Shown: one piece after another, positions 9,427 through 18,093 of the stretch
Layout of the letters: each line of letters begins with the position of its first letter
Position numbering within the stretch: position 1 is the first letter of the stretch
Assembly (NCBI GenBank): GCA_038530285.1
Contig: JBCBCY010000012.1
Location: 3,850 to 67,849, forward strand
DNA length: 64,000 nt
From: Pseudomonadota bacterium
GTDB lineage: Bacteria > Pseudomonadota > Alphaproteobacteria > Rhodobacterales > Rhodobacteraceae
Reading direction: 5' to 3'
Made by a program: the position numbers and the translations under genes
Notes under the pieces: generated by a model
What the model saw: only the letters and a program-made list of their open reading frames with translations
What the model was told of the DNA's origin: nothing
Database searches by the model: none

Positions 9427-10410
9427 CTAATTGTTCGTGAAACTGCGCCTTAAGGCATCCGACGTGCGCACAAGTTCGGCAGTAATCCCAGGCTCAGACA
9501 AGGCGTGCCCGGCCCGCGGGATCATCACCAGACGCGACGCGGGCCATGATTCGTGGAGCCGCATCGCAGAATGTGGCGGACAGATCATGTCATACCGCCC
9601 CTGCACGATGGTGCCGGGGATCTTCGCAATCTTGTCGATGTTCTGCAAAATCCAACCGTCGGTCTCAAGAAATCCGGCATTTGCGAAATAGTGGTTTTCC
9701 AGCCGCGCGAAGGCGCGGGCGTATTCGGTAGGGCTGTCGCCGCCGGGTCCGTCATTCTCGATCGACGCCAGGGTGTTTTCCCAAGATGTCCAGGCGCGCG
9801 CGAACCGCGTCTCAATCGCATGATCGTCTGAAAACAGCCGCCGCCCGTACGCCTCAATCAGATCGCCACGCTCATCTTCGGGGATAAGATTGCGGAACCG
9901 CGCCCAAACATCCGGCCAGAACTTGCCAGCACCCCCGGCATAGAACCAATCAAGCTCATCGCGGGTCATAAGGAAAACGCCGCGCAAGATCAGGCTAAGC
10001 GTACGTGCGGGATGGGTGACCGCGTAGATCAGCGCCAACGTCGCCCCCCAGGACCCGCCAAAGACGATCCAGCGGTCGATCTCCAGCTTTTCGCGGATCA
10101 GCTCGATATCGCGCACCAGATGCCAGGTGGTGTTGGCCTCCACGCTGGCATGGGGCCGCGACCGGCCACAGCCACGCTGATCGAACAGAATAATCCGGTA
10201 ATGGGTCGGGTCGAAGTAGCGCCGCATCGCAGGGCTGCACCCACCGCCCGGGCCGCCGTGAAACACCACAATCGGCACCCCGTCGGGATTGCCGCATTGC
10301 TCGATATAAACCCGGTGACCATCGCCCACGTCCAGCATCCGCTGATCGAACGGATCGATCGGCGGATAGAGAAACTGGCTTGCGGCCTTTTTGCCCGAGG
10401 ATTTGTCCAT
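9427..10410 (-). CDS. pip: Prolyl aminopeptidase (proline iminopeptidase)
   Basis: LYPPIDPF N-terminus, HGGPGGG oxyanion motif and GGSWGATLAL nucleophile elbow. The start was chosen at the ATG at 10410 (MDKSSGKK...). The track ORF begins at an upstream GTG (10446). Confidence 0.88.
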   Translation of the reverse strand: MDKSSGKKAASQFLYPPIDPFDQRMLDVGDGHRVYIEQCGNPDGVPIVVFHGGPGGGCSPAMRRYFDPTHYRIILFDQRGCGRSRPHASVEANTTWHLVRDIELIREKLEIDRWIVFGGSWGATLALIYAVTHPARTLSLILRGVFLMTRDELDWFYAGGAGKFWPDVWARFRNLIPEDERGDLIEAYGRRLFSDDHAIETRFARAWTSWENTLASIENDGPGGDSPTEYARAFARLENHYFANAGFLETDGWILQNIDKIAKIPGTIVQGRYDMICPPHSAMRLHESWPASRLVMIPRAGHALSEPGITAELVRTSDALRRSFTNN

Positions 10411-10480
10411 CACCGCTCTATATACAGCGCAAACGCCCGCTGACACGGGGGTAGGCGAAGTTTATTCATGAGGAACCGCA

Positions 10481-11227
10481 ATGCCCAGCGCTCAAACCAC
10501 GATTGATCCCGCCGAGATTGAGAAATTCCAGGCCATGGCAGCCGAATGGTGGGACCCGACCGGCAAGTTCAAACCCCTCCACATGCTCAACCCCTGCCGG
10601 CTCAACTACATCACCCGCCAGATCGCTGCGGAGTTCGACCGCGACCTGAAAGCGGAAAAACCCTTCGCGGGCCTGCGCCTTCTTGATATCGGCTGCGGCG
10701 GCGGACTTTTGTCAGAACCCATGACGCGGCTTGGGGCAACGGTGGTGGGCGCCGACGCGGCCGAACGCAATATCCCCGTGGCCCAGGTGCATGCCGAAGA
10801 GCAGGGTCTTGATATCGACTACCGCCACACCACCGCCGAAGCCCTGGTCGATGCGGGTGAGGTTTTCGATGTGATCCTCAACATGGAAGTCGTGGAACAT
10901 GTGGCCGACCCGCAAGCCTATCTTCAAGCCTGCCACGACCTGATGAAGCCCGGCGGGTTGATGGTCTGTTCGACCCTAAACCGTAACCCAAAGTCTTATG
11001 TCTTCGCGATCATCGGGGCCGAACACGTGATGCGATGGCTGCCCAAAGGGACCCATGAATGGTCGAAGTTCATCACACCAGACGAGCTTTACGACCTTTT
11101 GCGCAACACCGGGCTTGATCCGGTGGACCGCAAAGGCATGGTCTTTAATCCCCTGGGCTGGTCCTGGGGCCTTTCGGACCGTGATCTTTCGGTGAACTAC
11201 GTCACAACCAGTGTGCGGCCCGCCTAG
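10481..11227 (+). CDS. ubiG: Ubiquinone biosynthesis O-methyltransferase UbiG
   Basis: 248 aa with SAM motif [14 protein letters not shown] and the conserved EVVEHV and WLPKGTHEW blocks of UbiG. GAGGA RBS upstream. Confidence 0.92.
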   Translation: MPSAQTTIDPAEIEKFQAMAAEWWDPTGKFKPLHMLNPCRLNYITRQIAAEFDRDLKAEKPFAGLRLLDIGCGGGLLSEPMTRLGATVVGADAAERNIPVAQVHAEEQGLDIDYRHTTAEALVDAGEVFDVILNMEVVEHVADPQAYLQACHDLMKPGGLMVCSTLNRNPKSYVFAIIGAEHVMRWLPKGTHEWSKFITPDELYDLLRNTGLDPVDRKGMVFNPLGWSWGLSDRDLSVNYVTTSVRPA

Positions 11228-11664
11228 GTGGTATCGAAACGGGTGCGCAATTCGCGCAGCACCGGCAGGGCCGATTTTACCTTGTCGGTGCCAATCGCGG
11301 CGATCACGTCTGCTACGATCGGTTCAATCGCCTCAAGGGCGACATCGCGTGCGCGACGACCAGCCGGGCTGATCGACACCAGCTTGCGGCGCGCATCGTC
11401 CCAGTCCTGAAAAATGTGGACATGGCCCGCGGCGTCAAGCTTGCCAAGCGTGTTCGTCATCGCACCCTTGGTCAGGTGAAACGCCTTGGCAAGCTCGGCG
11501 GGGCTGCGTTCTGTGCCGGACCGCGCCAGAAAGTTCAGAACCGAAAAGTGGCTGATCTCCATCCCTTTGGGCAATGCCTTCGTCAGCCGCGCGCGCACCA
11601 ATTGGTCAGCCATGAACAATTCGCTCAACAACGCCACGGCAAGTGGATCTTTGGGTTCGCTCAT
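11224..11664 (-). CDS. MarR family transcriptional regulator
   Basis: Winged-helix region [44 protein letters not shown]. The ATG at 11664 overlaps the stop of the upstream hydrolase gene (TGATG). Confidence 0.85.
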   Translation of the reverse strand: MSEPKDPLAVALLSELFMADQLVRARLTKALPKGMEISHFSVLNFLARSGTERSPAELAKAFHLTKGAMTNTLGKLDAAGHVHIFQDWDDARRKLVSISPAGRRARDVALEAIEPIVADVIAAIGTDKVKSALPVLRELRTRFDTT

Positions 11665-12494
11665 CAGGGACCTTCGAAATCTCGGCCATGGGATAGCGAT
11701 GGCAGGCGGCGGCGGCAATCATCGACGAGGTTCAAGTCAATATCGGCAATAAAAACGCCCGGTTCGGTGCCTGCATCCACGATCACCCGCCCCCAGGGAT
11801 CGATGACCATCGAATGACCGTAGGTCGCGCGCTGGCGGCCCTGGGTCGTGGGGTGCGTGCCGGTCTGCGCGGGCGCGATCACATAACAGCCGGTTTCAAT
11901 GGCGCGGGCGCGCAACAAAGCCTCCCAATGGGCGACACCTGTTTCGGGCGAAAAGGCCGCAGGCACGGTCAGCACCTTGGCCCCGCCTAGCGCCAATGCG
12001 CGGTAAAGACCCGGAAACCGAATGTCGTAGCATATCGAAAGACCGACGCGCGCACCGTCCACCGATGCCAGCACCGCGCGATCACCAGGTTGGTAGCCCG
12101 CAGATTCCCGGTAGGTCTCGCGCGCGGAAATATCCACGTCAAACATATGGATTTTGTCGTACCGCGCCGTGATAGACCCTGTTTTGTCCACCAGGACCGA
12201 CCGGTTCACAAAGGGCGCACCGTCGCCTTCGGCCTTTAATGCGAGCGAACCGATCAAGACGTTGATGCGCCGGTCTTTCGCCTCTTGCTGGATGGTCTTC
12301 AACGTTATGTCGCGGGCCTCAGTGGCCAGCACATCGCGCTGGCGCGACCGGCTGGCCGACAGACAATTCGTAACCTCGGGGGTCAAAAGCCAATCCGCCC
12401 CCTGACTGGCGGCGTGATGCACCGCGTCCACCACGACGTCCAGATTGCGCTCAACCACGTCCGAAGACGTCATTTGCAACAGCGCAACTTTCAC
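11664..12494 (-). CDS. Carbon-nitrogen hydrolase family protein (nitrilase/amidase superfamily)
   Basis: 276 aa. The N-terminus MKVALLQMTS and the catalytic Cys context GLSICYDIRFPGLYR are typical of the C-N hydrolase fold. Confidence 0.9.
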   Translation of the reverse strand: MKVALLQMTSSDVVERNLDVVVDAVHHAASQGADWLLTPEVTNCLSASRSRQRDVLATEARDITLKTIQQEAKDRRINVLIGSLALKAEGDGAPFVNRSVLVDKTGSITARYDKIHMFDVDISARETYRESAGYQPGDRAVLASVDGARVGLSICYDIRFPGLYRALALGGAKVLTVPAAFSPETGVAHWEALLRARAIETGCYVIAPAQTGTHPTTQGRQRATYGHSMVIDPWGRVIVDAGTEPGVFIADIDLNLVDDCRRRLPSLSHGRDFEGP

Positions 12495-12497
12495 CCG

Positions 12498-12755
12498 CTA
12501 GCCCTGCAGCAGCGCGTCGAGTTTGCCGGCCCGGTCCAACGCGTTCAAATCATCAAACCCGCCCACATGGGTCTCGCCGATGAAAATCTGCGGTACTGTG
12601 TGCCGTCCGCCCGCGCGGTCCATCATCTCAGCCCGGCGGCCGGGCTCTGCGGCCACGTTGATCTCGGAATAACTGACGCCCTTGGCGGTCAAAAGCCGCT
12701 TGGCGGCATGGCAATACCCACACAGGGGCGAGGTATATAGTTCGACTGGCTGCAT
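12498..12755 (-). CDS. grxC: Glutaredoxin 3
   Basis: 85 aa with active site CGYC, followed by TVPQIFIGETHVGGFDDL. Confidence 0.93.
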   Translation of the reverse strand: MQPVELYTSPLCGYCHAAKRLLTAKGVSYSEINVAAEPGRRAEMMDRAGGRHTVPQIFIGETHVGGFDDLNALDRAGKLDALLQG

Positions 12756-12784
12756 GATTTCAGGCCCTTTGGTTAGACCCTTAT

Positions 12785-13507
12785 CTAGGGCGCTTTCAGC
12801 ACGCGCGCCAGAACTGCGATGGAAACGCCCCCCGCGCCGGCGGCCGTTAAAGCTTCGGTCGCCGCATGAAGCGTCGCTCCGCTGGTCATGACATCATCGA
12901 CCACAAGCACCGGGCGGTTGGCAATCCGCTCGACCCGTCGTGGATGTGGCTTGATCGCGCGGTCAAGCCTGGCGAAGCGTTCGGCGGCAGTCAGCCCGTC
13001 AAGTTTCGGGGTCGCCCGCACCCTGAGAAGCGCATCCACTTCAAGCTGCAGACTAAGATGGTGCGCGATGCCGCGCGCCAAAAGGGCAGATTGGTTGTAG
13101 CGTCGCTGGATCAAACGGATCGCATGACTGGGAACCGGCACCACGATTGTGTCGGGCGACAAGCGGCCGCGCAACCGGTCCGCCATCCAGTTCGCCAGCG
13201 GACGCGCCAGATCGGTGCGGTCACTGTGTTTCAACCGCAAGATCAGCGACCTTGCCCGCCCCTGATATTCCAGCGCCGCCCAGCCCCGCTGCCAGGGTCG
13301 GGGCGTCGCCAAGCAATCATCGCAGGGCACATCATCGTCATCGTCGACGCCCGGCAAAGGCGCACCGCACAAATGACAGGCTTTACCAAACAGAAACGAC
13401 GTGTCGCTCCAACACGATCCGCACAACCCATGCGGTGCATCCGTCAAGGCATCGCAGGACGCGCATTGGTCGGGGTAGACAACCCGAAGCACTCTACCAA
13501 AATCCAT
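12785..13507 (-). CDS. ComF family protein (phosphoribosyltransferase domain)
   Basis: N-terminal Cys-rich region (CASC...CGSC...CHLC...CDDC) and PRTase motif VLVVDDVMTSGATL. Confidence 0.88.
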   Translation of the reverse strand: MDFGRVLRVVYPDQCASCDALTDAPHGLCGSCWSDTSFLFGKACHLCGAPLPGVDDDDDVPCDDCLATPRPWQRGWAALEYQGRARSLILRLKHSDRTDLARPLANWMADRLRGRLSPDTIVVPVPSHAIRLIQRRYNQSALLARGIAHHLSLQLEVDALLRVRATPKLDGLTAAERFARLDRAIKPHPRRVERIANRPVLVVDDVMTSGATLHAATEALTAAGAGGVSIAVLARVLKAP

Positions 13508-13530
13508 TCTCTCGCCCTAAGTACGCGCCT

Positions 13531-14373
13531 ATGTCCCTGCCCCGCCTGACTGACCCAGATGCTCTATCGCGCAACCGCATCCGTGCGGCGCGCAACACGC
13601 CAGCTGATTTCCTGCGGGTTGAAGCCGCCGAGGTGCTGGCAGAAAGGCTGATTGAGGTTAACAGGACGTTTACGTCACCAGCCTTGGTGACGGCTTTCCC
13701 GGATGACTTCGCGACCTTGGCAGCAGGCGGCACGATTGTGCCTGACACCGACCCGCTGGCGCTAAGTCCCGGCGCCCATGATCTGGTGATCCACGCTTTT
13801 GGTCTTCACTGGGCCGATGACCCTTTGGGCCAGATTATTCAAGCCCGGCGTGCGCTGTGTCCCGACGGGCTGTTTTTGGCCGTTCTGCTTGGGGGAACAA
13901 CGCTGAACGAATTGCGCGCGGTGTTGGCAGAAGCCGAAACCAAGCTGACAGGCGGGCTATCGCCCCGCGTCGCACCGATGGCGGACCTGCGCGATCTGGG
14001 GGGGCTGTTACAACGTGCAGGCCTCGCCCTGCCCGTGGCCGATACATTGACGCTGCGCGCAAGCTACCGCGACATTTACTCCCTGGGCCGCGACCTGCGC
14101 GCAATGGCAGAAGGCAACGCCTTGGCCGACCGCCAGCGCAAACCAGCCAAGCGGGCTTTGTTCGAGCTTGCGCAATCGCTGTACCAAACCCACTTCCCGG
14201 CCGAAGACGGGCGGCTCCAGGCCACGTTTGAGTTGGTGTTCCTCACCGGTTGGGCCCCGGATGATAGCCAACCGCAACCGTTGAAACCCGGTTCTGCCCA
14301 AACATCGCTCGCCGATGCACTGAGATTGCCCGACGATGCGCCAAATCGCTCAAATGCAAGGGGTTCAGATTGA
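13531..14373 (+). CDS. SAM-dependent methyltransferase-like protein (NDUFAF5/BioC-like)
   Basis: The real start is probably the ATG at 13531 (MSLPRLTDPDALSRNR...), in frame with the 408-aa track ORF, whose first 128 codons run antisense through comF. The DLVIHAFGLHWADDPLGQIIQARRALCPDGLFL block is typical of class I methyltransferases. Confidence 0.75.
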   Translation: MSLPRLTDPDALSRNRIRAARNTPADFLRVEAAEVLAERLIEVNRTFTSPALVTAFPDDFATLAAGGTIVPDTDPLALSPGAHDLVIHAFGLHWADDPLGQIIQARRALCPDGLFLAVLLGGTTLNELRAVLAEAETKLTGGLSPRVAPMADLRDLGGLLQRAGLALPVADTLTLRASYRDIYSLGRDLRAMAEGNALADRQRKPAKRALFELAQSLYQTHFPAEDGRLQATFELVFLTGWAPDDSQPQPLKPGSAQTSLADALRLPDDAPNRSNARGSD

Positions 14374-14434
14374 CCCGGGGCCAAAGGCGTTTATCTCACA
14401 GGTTGAGTTTTCCACCCAAGGGCGGCCAGAATAG

Positions 14435-15523
14435 ATGCTTGATGCCAATGCAAATCGCGAAAATCCGGTGACGGCTGACACCCCTGAAACAGGCAGCACC
14501 CACCTGCCTGCCGACCACCCTGCGGTGAAACCTGCCAAGGTGGGCGTGCTTCTGGCCAATCTCGGCACGCCGGACAATCACGACTATTGGTCGATGCGCC
14601 GCTACCTAAACGAGTTTCTGTCAGACCGCCGCGTGATCGACTACAGCCCCTGGATCTGGCAGCCATTGCTGCAGCTGGTGATCCTGACCAAGCGGCCGTT
14701 CTCATCGGGTGAGGCTTACCGGTCGATCTGGAACAATGAGGCCAATGAAAGCCCGCTTCTGACGATCACCAAGGCCCAGACCGCCAAGATCAAGGACACC
14801 ATCGAGGCGAAGTATGGCGACCGGGTGATGGTCGACTATGCCATGCGCTACGGCAACCCGTCCACCAAGTCAAAGGTCCGCCAGATGGTCGACGCAGGCT
14901 GCCGACGGGTGGTGTTCTTCCCGCTTTACCCACAAGCCGCCGGGGCCACGACCGCGACTGCAAACGACCAGTTCTTTCGCGCGATGATGGAAGAGAAATG
15001 GCAGCCGTCCGTGCGCACGGTGCCCGAATACTTCGACCGTGACAGCTATATCGACGCGCTGGCGCAATCGGTCGAACGCGCCTATGCGGCAGCAGACACC
15101 AAGCCCGAAATCCTGGTGTGTTCCTACCACGGTGTGCCGAAACGCTACCTGATGGAAGGCGACCCCTACCATTGCCAGTGCCAGAAAACGACGCGGCTTT
15201 TGAAAGAACGTCTTGGCTGGGCCGACACCGACATCGTTACGACCTTTCAGTCGCGCTTTGGCCCCGAAGAATGGCTGCAACCCTACACCGTGGAAGAGGT
15301 CGCGCGCCTGGCCGAAGCGGGCAAAAAGAACATCGCCGTGATCGCGCCTGCGTTTTCCGCCGATTGCATCGAAACGCTCGAAGAGATCAACGAAGAGATC
15401 AAGGAAAGCTTCGAAGAAGCCGGCGGCGAGAATTTCACCTATATTCCCTGCCTCAACGACGATGACGCGCATATTGCGGCCCTGGTCGAAGCCCTGGAAG
15501 ATTCTCTGGCCGGTTGGGTCTGA
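14435..15523 (+). CDS. hemH: Ferrochelatase
   Basis: 362 aa with VGVLLANLGTPD, YHGVPKRY and FSADCIETLEEI motifs. Confidence 0.93.
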   Translation: MLDANANRENPVTADTPETGSTHLPADHPAVKPAKVGVLLANLGTPDNHDYWSMRRYLNEFLSDRRVIDYSPWIWQPLLQLVILTKRPFSSGEAYRSIWNNEANESPLLTITKAQTAKIKDTIEAKYGDRVMVDYAMRYGNPSTKSKVRQMVDAGCRRVVFFPLYPQAAGATTATANDQFFRAMMEEKWQPSVRTVPEYFDRDSYIDALAQSVERAYAAADTKPEILVCSYHGVPKRYLMEGDPYHCQCQKTTRLLKERLGWADTDIVTTFQSRFGPEEWLQPYTVEEVARLAEAGKKNIAVIAPAFSADCIETLEEINEEIKESFEEAGGENFTYIPCLNDDDAHIAALVEALEDSLAGWV

Positions 15524-15546
15524 CCCAAAAGCTTGCTAGGACATTC

Positions 15547-15559
15547 TGAACCGGGTTCA
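15547..15559. promoter_or_regulatory. Palindromic operator-like site TGAACCGGGTTCA upstream of tetR
   Basis: Perfect palindrome (15-bp CTGAACCGGGTTCAG) ending 9 nt before the tetR ATG at 15569. It has the same half-sites as the three sites at 16189-16257. Confidence 0.6.
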
Positions 15560-15568
15560 GAGGGTCCA

Positions 15569-16162
15569 ATGGCAAGCAAGGTTGAAGAACGCCGCGCGGC
15601 ACTGTCGGAAAAGCTTGTCGATATCGCCGAGGCAACGATTGCCGCTGAAGGCCACCAGGGCATTCGCGCACGTGATCTGGCGGCTGAAGCGGGCTGCGCA
15701 GTCGGCGCGATCTATACGCTTTACGCGGACCTTGATCATCTGGTGATGGCCGTCAACGGCCGGACCTTCCACCGCTTGGGCGCCCATGTGGCCACTGCGG
15801 TGCTCGCTGCAGCATCAGACGACCCTGTCGACCAGCTCGTGGTCATGGGCCAGGCCTATCTCAGTTTTGCGGCGGCCAACCCGAAATCCTGGCGAACGCT
15901 GTTTGATCTTGAGATGTCGGCCGAGACGGACGTGCCCGATTGGTACATGATTGAACTTGGCGCGCTTTTTGACCTGATTTCCCGCCCGCTGTCGCAGATT
16001 TATCCCGACCAGTCAGCCGACCAGATCGGCCTTTTGACCCGGACCCTGTTTTCGTCTGTCCACGGGATTGTCTTTCTGGGCCTGGAAAAGCGGCTCTCTG
16101 CGGTGCCAGAGGCTGAAATGGCCCAGATGATCGATCGTTTGGTGCGCGCGGTGGTGTCCTAG
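15569..16162 (+). CDS. TetR/AcrR family transcriptional regulator
   Basis: N-terminal HTH IRARDLAAEAGCAVGAIYTLYADLDHL and a helical C-terminal domain. ATG at 15569 with an AGAGGG RBS-like element. The track ORF starts at an upstream TTG (15533). Confidence 0.88.
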   Translation: MASKVEERRAALSEKLVDIAEATIAAEGHQGIRARDLAAEAGCAVGAIYTLYADLDHLVMAVNGRTFHRLGAHVATAVLAAASDDPVDQLVVMGQAYLSFAAANPKSWRTLFDLEMSAETDVPDWYMIELGALFDLISRPLSQIYPDQSADQIGLLTRTLFSSVHGIVFLGLEKRLSAVPEAEMAQMIDRLVRAVVS

Positions 16163-16188
16163 CCAGATTTCGTGACGCTACGTCTTTT

Positions 16189-16201
16189 TGAACGTCGTTC
16201 A
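16189..16201. promoter_or_regulatory. Palindromic operator-like site TGAACGTCGTTCA
   Basis: Perfect 13-bp palindrome in the tetR / pspA-like intergenic region. Confidence 0.6.
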
Positions 16202-16210
16202 TAAAATTCT

Positions 16211-16223
16211 TGAACGACGTTCA
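16211..16223. promoter_or_regulatory. Palindromic operator-like site TGAACGACGTTCA
   Basis: Perfect 13-bp palindrome, 22 bp centre-to-centre from the previous site. It overlaps a TTGAAC hexamer. Confidence 0.6.
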
Positions 16224-16244
16224 GGCTTTGCTATCTCTGTCTCA

Positions 16245-16257
16245 TGAACATCGTTCA
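16245..16257. promoter_or_regulatory. Palindromic operator-like site TGAACATCGTTCA
   Basis: 13-bp palindrome with one arm mismatch, 34 bp from the previous site. It ends 15 nt before the pspA-like ATG. Confidence 0.55.
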
Positions 16258-16272
16258 CGAGGAGATGAAGCC

Positions 16273-16950
16273 ATGTTACGGACGATAAGAACACTGGTGA
16301 TCGGGGCCAATGCCCGGGCCGAAGAACAGGTGCGCGATACCTTTTCCATCGAGCTGATCGATCAGAAAATTCGCGAAGCTCAAGGCAGCCTGAAGGCCGC
16401 AAAACTGACGCTGGCCAACCTGGTGCAGCGCCAACGCATCGAGACCCGCCATTTGGGCACGCTCAACGACCGGATCGCGGATCTTGAAACGCGCGCCCAA
16501 GCCGCCCTGGACGACGACAATGAAGACCGGGCACGTCAGGCCGCAGTGGCCATCGCCGAAATGGAAAACGAACAGACCATCCGCGACGCCACCGTGAGCC
16601 GGCTGGACGAGCAGATTGCGCGCCTTGCGGGGTCAGTTGAAGCCGGTCACCGCCGGATCATCGACCTGAAACAAGGCGCGATCCAGGCCCGTGCGGTGCG
16701 GTCCGAACGCAACATTCAAGGGCGGTTGAACCGCAACCTTGCGGGCACAAACGCCGCCGCAGAAGCCCAAGAGTTGATCCAGGGTGTGTTGAACGGCCGC
16801 GACCCGTTTGAAGAGGCCGCCATCCTCGATGAAATCGAAGGCAAACTTGATGGGTCAAACCTGGCCGACCGCATGGCCGCCGAAGGCTACGGGGCGGCGC
16901 GCAAATCCACCGAAGACGCCGTGCTTGAGCGGCTGAAATCCAAGAAATAA
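16273..16950 (+). CDS. PspA/IM30 family (phage-shock protein A-like, ESCRT-III superfamily) protein
   Basis: 225-aa coiled-coil protein (MLRTIRTLVIGANARAEEQVRDTFSIELIDQKIREAQGSLKAAK...). ATG at 16273 is preceded by GGAGATGAAGCC. The track ORF starts at a TTG inside an operator. Confidence 0.82.
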   Translation: MLRTIRTLVIGANARAEEQVRDTFSIELIDQKIREAQGSLKAAKLTLANLVQRQRIETRHLGTLNDRIADLETRAQAALDDDNEDRARQAAVAIAEMENEQTIRDATVSRLDEQIARLAGSVEAGHRRIIDLKQGAIQARAVRSERNIQGRLNRNLAGTNAAAEAQELIQGVLNGRDPFEEAAILDEIEGKLDGSNLADRMAAEGYGAARKSTEDAVLERLKSKK

Positions 16951-16980
16951 CCCGAAATCCAACCTGAAAGGACCAAGCCC

Positions 16981-17268
16981 ATGCGCAATCCAACCCGTTC
17001 CGACAACACCACCATCATGTTCTTCAACGGCCTCGGCGTTGCCGTCGCCTACTTCATGCTGGCCCTGTCGCTTTACCTGTCGCCGGACGTGCCCCTTTCG
17101 ACCAAAGGCTACTGGGGCATCGGCATCCTGCTTTTGACCCTGTCTTTGGTGAATTTCGTCAAATTCCGCTTCGATGACCGGATCAGCGAAGACCGCATCA
17201 AGCAAATCGAAGACGCCAAGAACGAAAAACTGCTGGAAGAATTTGTGGGATCCGACAAAGCGGCCTAA
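16981..17268 (+). CDS. Small inner-membrane protein, YiaA/YiaB (YiaAB two-helix) family-like
   Basis: 95 aa with two hydrophobic helices (FFNGLGVAVAYFMLALSLYL; KGYWGIGILLLTLSLVNFVKF) and then a charged tail. It starts 30 nt after the pspA-like gene and is followed by a strong terminator. Confidence 0.7.
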   Translation: MRNPTRSDNTTIMFFNGLGVAVAYFMLALSLYLSPDVPLSTKGYWGIGILLLTLSLVNFVKFRFDDRISEDRIKQIEDAKNEKLLEEFVGSDKAA

Positions 17269-17291
17269 CGCGCAAAAGACCCCCCAAAACC

Positions 17292-17323
17292 AAAACGCCC
17301 CGCTCTTTAGCGGGGCGTTTTTT
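17292..17323. terminator. Bidirectional intrinsic terminator
   Basis: AAAACGCCCCGC (17292-17303) / GCGGGGCGTTTT (17310-17321) with a 6-nt loop and a T-run. It lies between convergent genes (yiaAB-like and an L,D-transpeptidase). Confidence 0.88.
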
Positions 17324-17341
17324 GCTGCATTGACGGCAGCT

Positions 17342-17941
17342 TCAAATCAAAAGGACCTGCGTGCCAACTTCCGCCAGCTCATAAAGCTCAAGGATATGCT
17401 CGTTATAAAGCCCGATACAGCCGTTTGAGGACCGCCGCCCGATCTTGCGGGTGTCATGCGTGCCGTGAATTCGGTAATACGTCCAGCTGAGATGCAGCGA
17501 CCGAATGCCCAAAGGATTGTCAGGGCCCGGCGGCATGTAATCGGGCCACTCTGGGTTGCGCCTTTTCATTGCCGGGGTCGGGCGCCAATCGGGTGCGGGG
17601 TCTTTCAGCGTCACCTTCGTGCGACCACGCCGCGTCAGATCATCGGTCATCGGCACCGATGTCGGGTAAAGCTTGTAGGTCGTCTGGTCCGCACTCCAGT
17701 AGTGCAGCGCGCGCGACGAGATATCGACCAGGATCGCACCACCACGCAAGGTGTCAAAGTACGGCTCCCAATCGAGGGACCGAAAGCTCGACGCGTTGCG
17801 CCGCACTGTGGTGCTGACACCGTTGCGAAACTCGATCGTGTCGGGCCCGGACGCGTCTTGCGCCAACGCAGGGGTCGCCAGACCAGCGGCACTCGTTGCC
17901 AGAAAGCCGCGGCGGGACAATTGGGGCATCTTGAGGGGCAT
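17342..17941 (-). CDS. L,D-transpeptidase (YkuD domain) with Tat-type signal
   Basis: HGTHDTRKIGRRSSNGCIGL catalytic His/Cys block and a signal-like MPLKMPQLSRRGFLATSAAGLATPALA. ATG at 17941 is preceded by GGAG. Confidence 0.85.
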   Translation of the reverse strand: MPLKMPQLSRRGFLATSAAGLATPALAQDASGPDTIEFRNGVSTTVRRNASSFRSLDWEPYFDTLRGGAILVDISSRALHYWSADQTTYKLYPTSVPMTDDLTRRGRTKVTLKDPAPDWRPTPAMKRRNPEWPDYMPPGPDNPLGIRSLHLSWTYYRIHGTHDTRKIGRRSSNGCIGLYNEHILELYELAEVGTQVLLI

Positions 17942-18093
17942 ATGCGCGCTCCGTTCAATCAGTTCAGCCGTAGTGATAGTGCCGAAACGCCACGTTCGCA
18001 ATTCACAGGCCTGTCAGACCGGCAGGCCGCCGCCAGTAGGGTTTGATCCGCCACACCCTTGGTGTAAGCAGCAAAAAACAGGAAGACGAGCGG

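Noticed and set aside
13147-13530. The 5' extension of the methyltransferase ORF (13147..14373)
   Set aside because: It runs antisense through comF and is Pro/Arg/Ser/His-rich. A good in-frame ATG at 13531 gives a sensible divergent arrangement.
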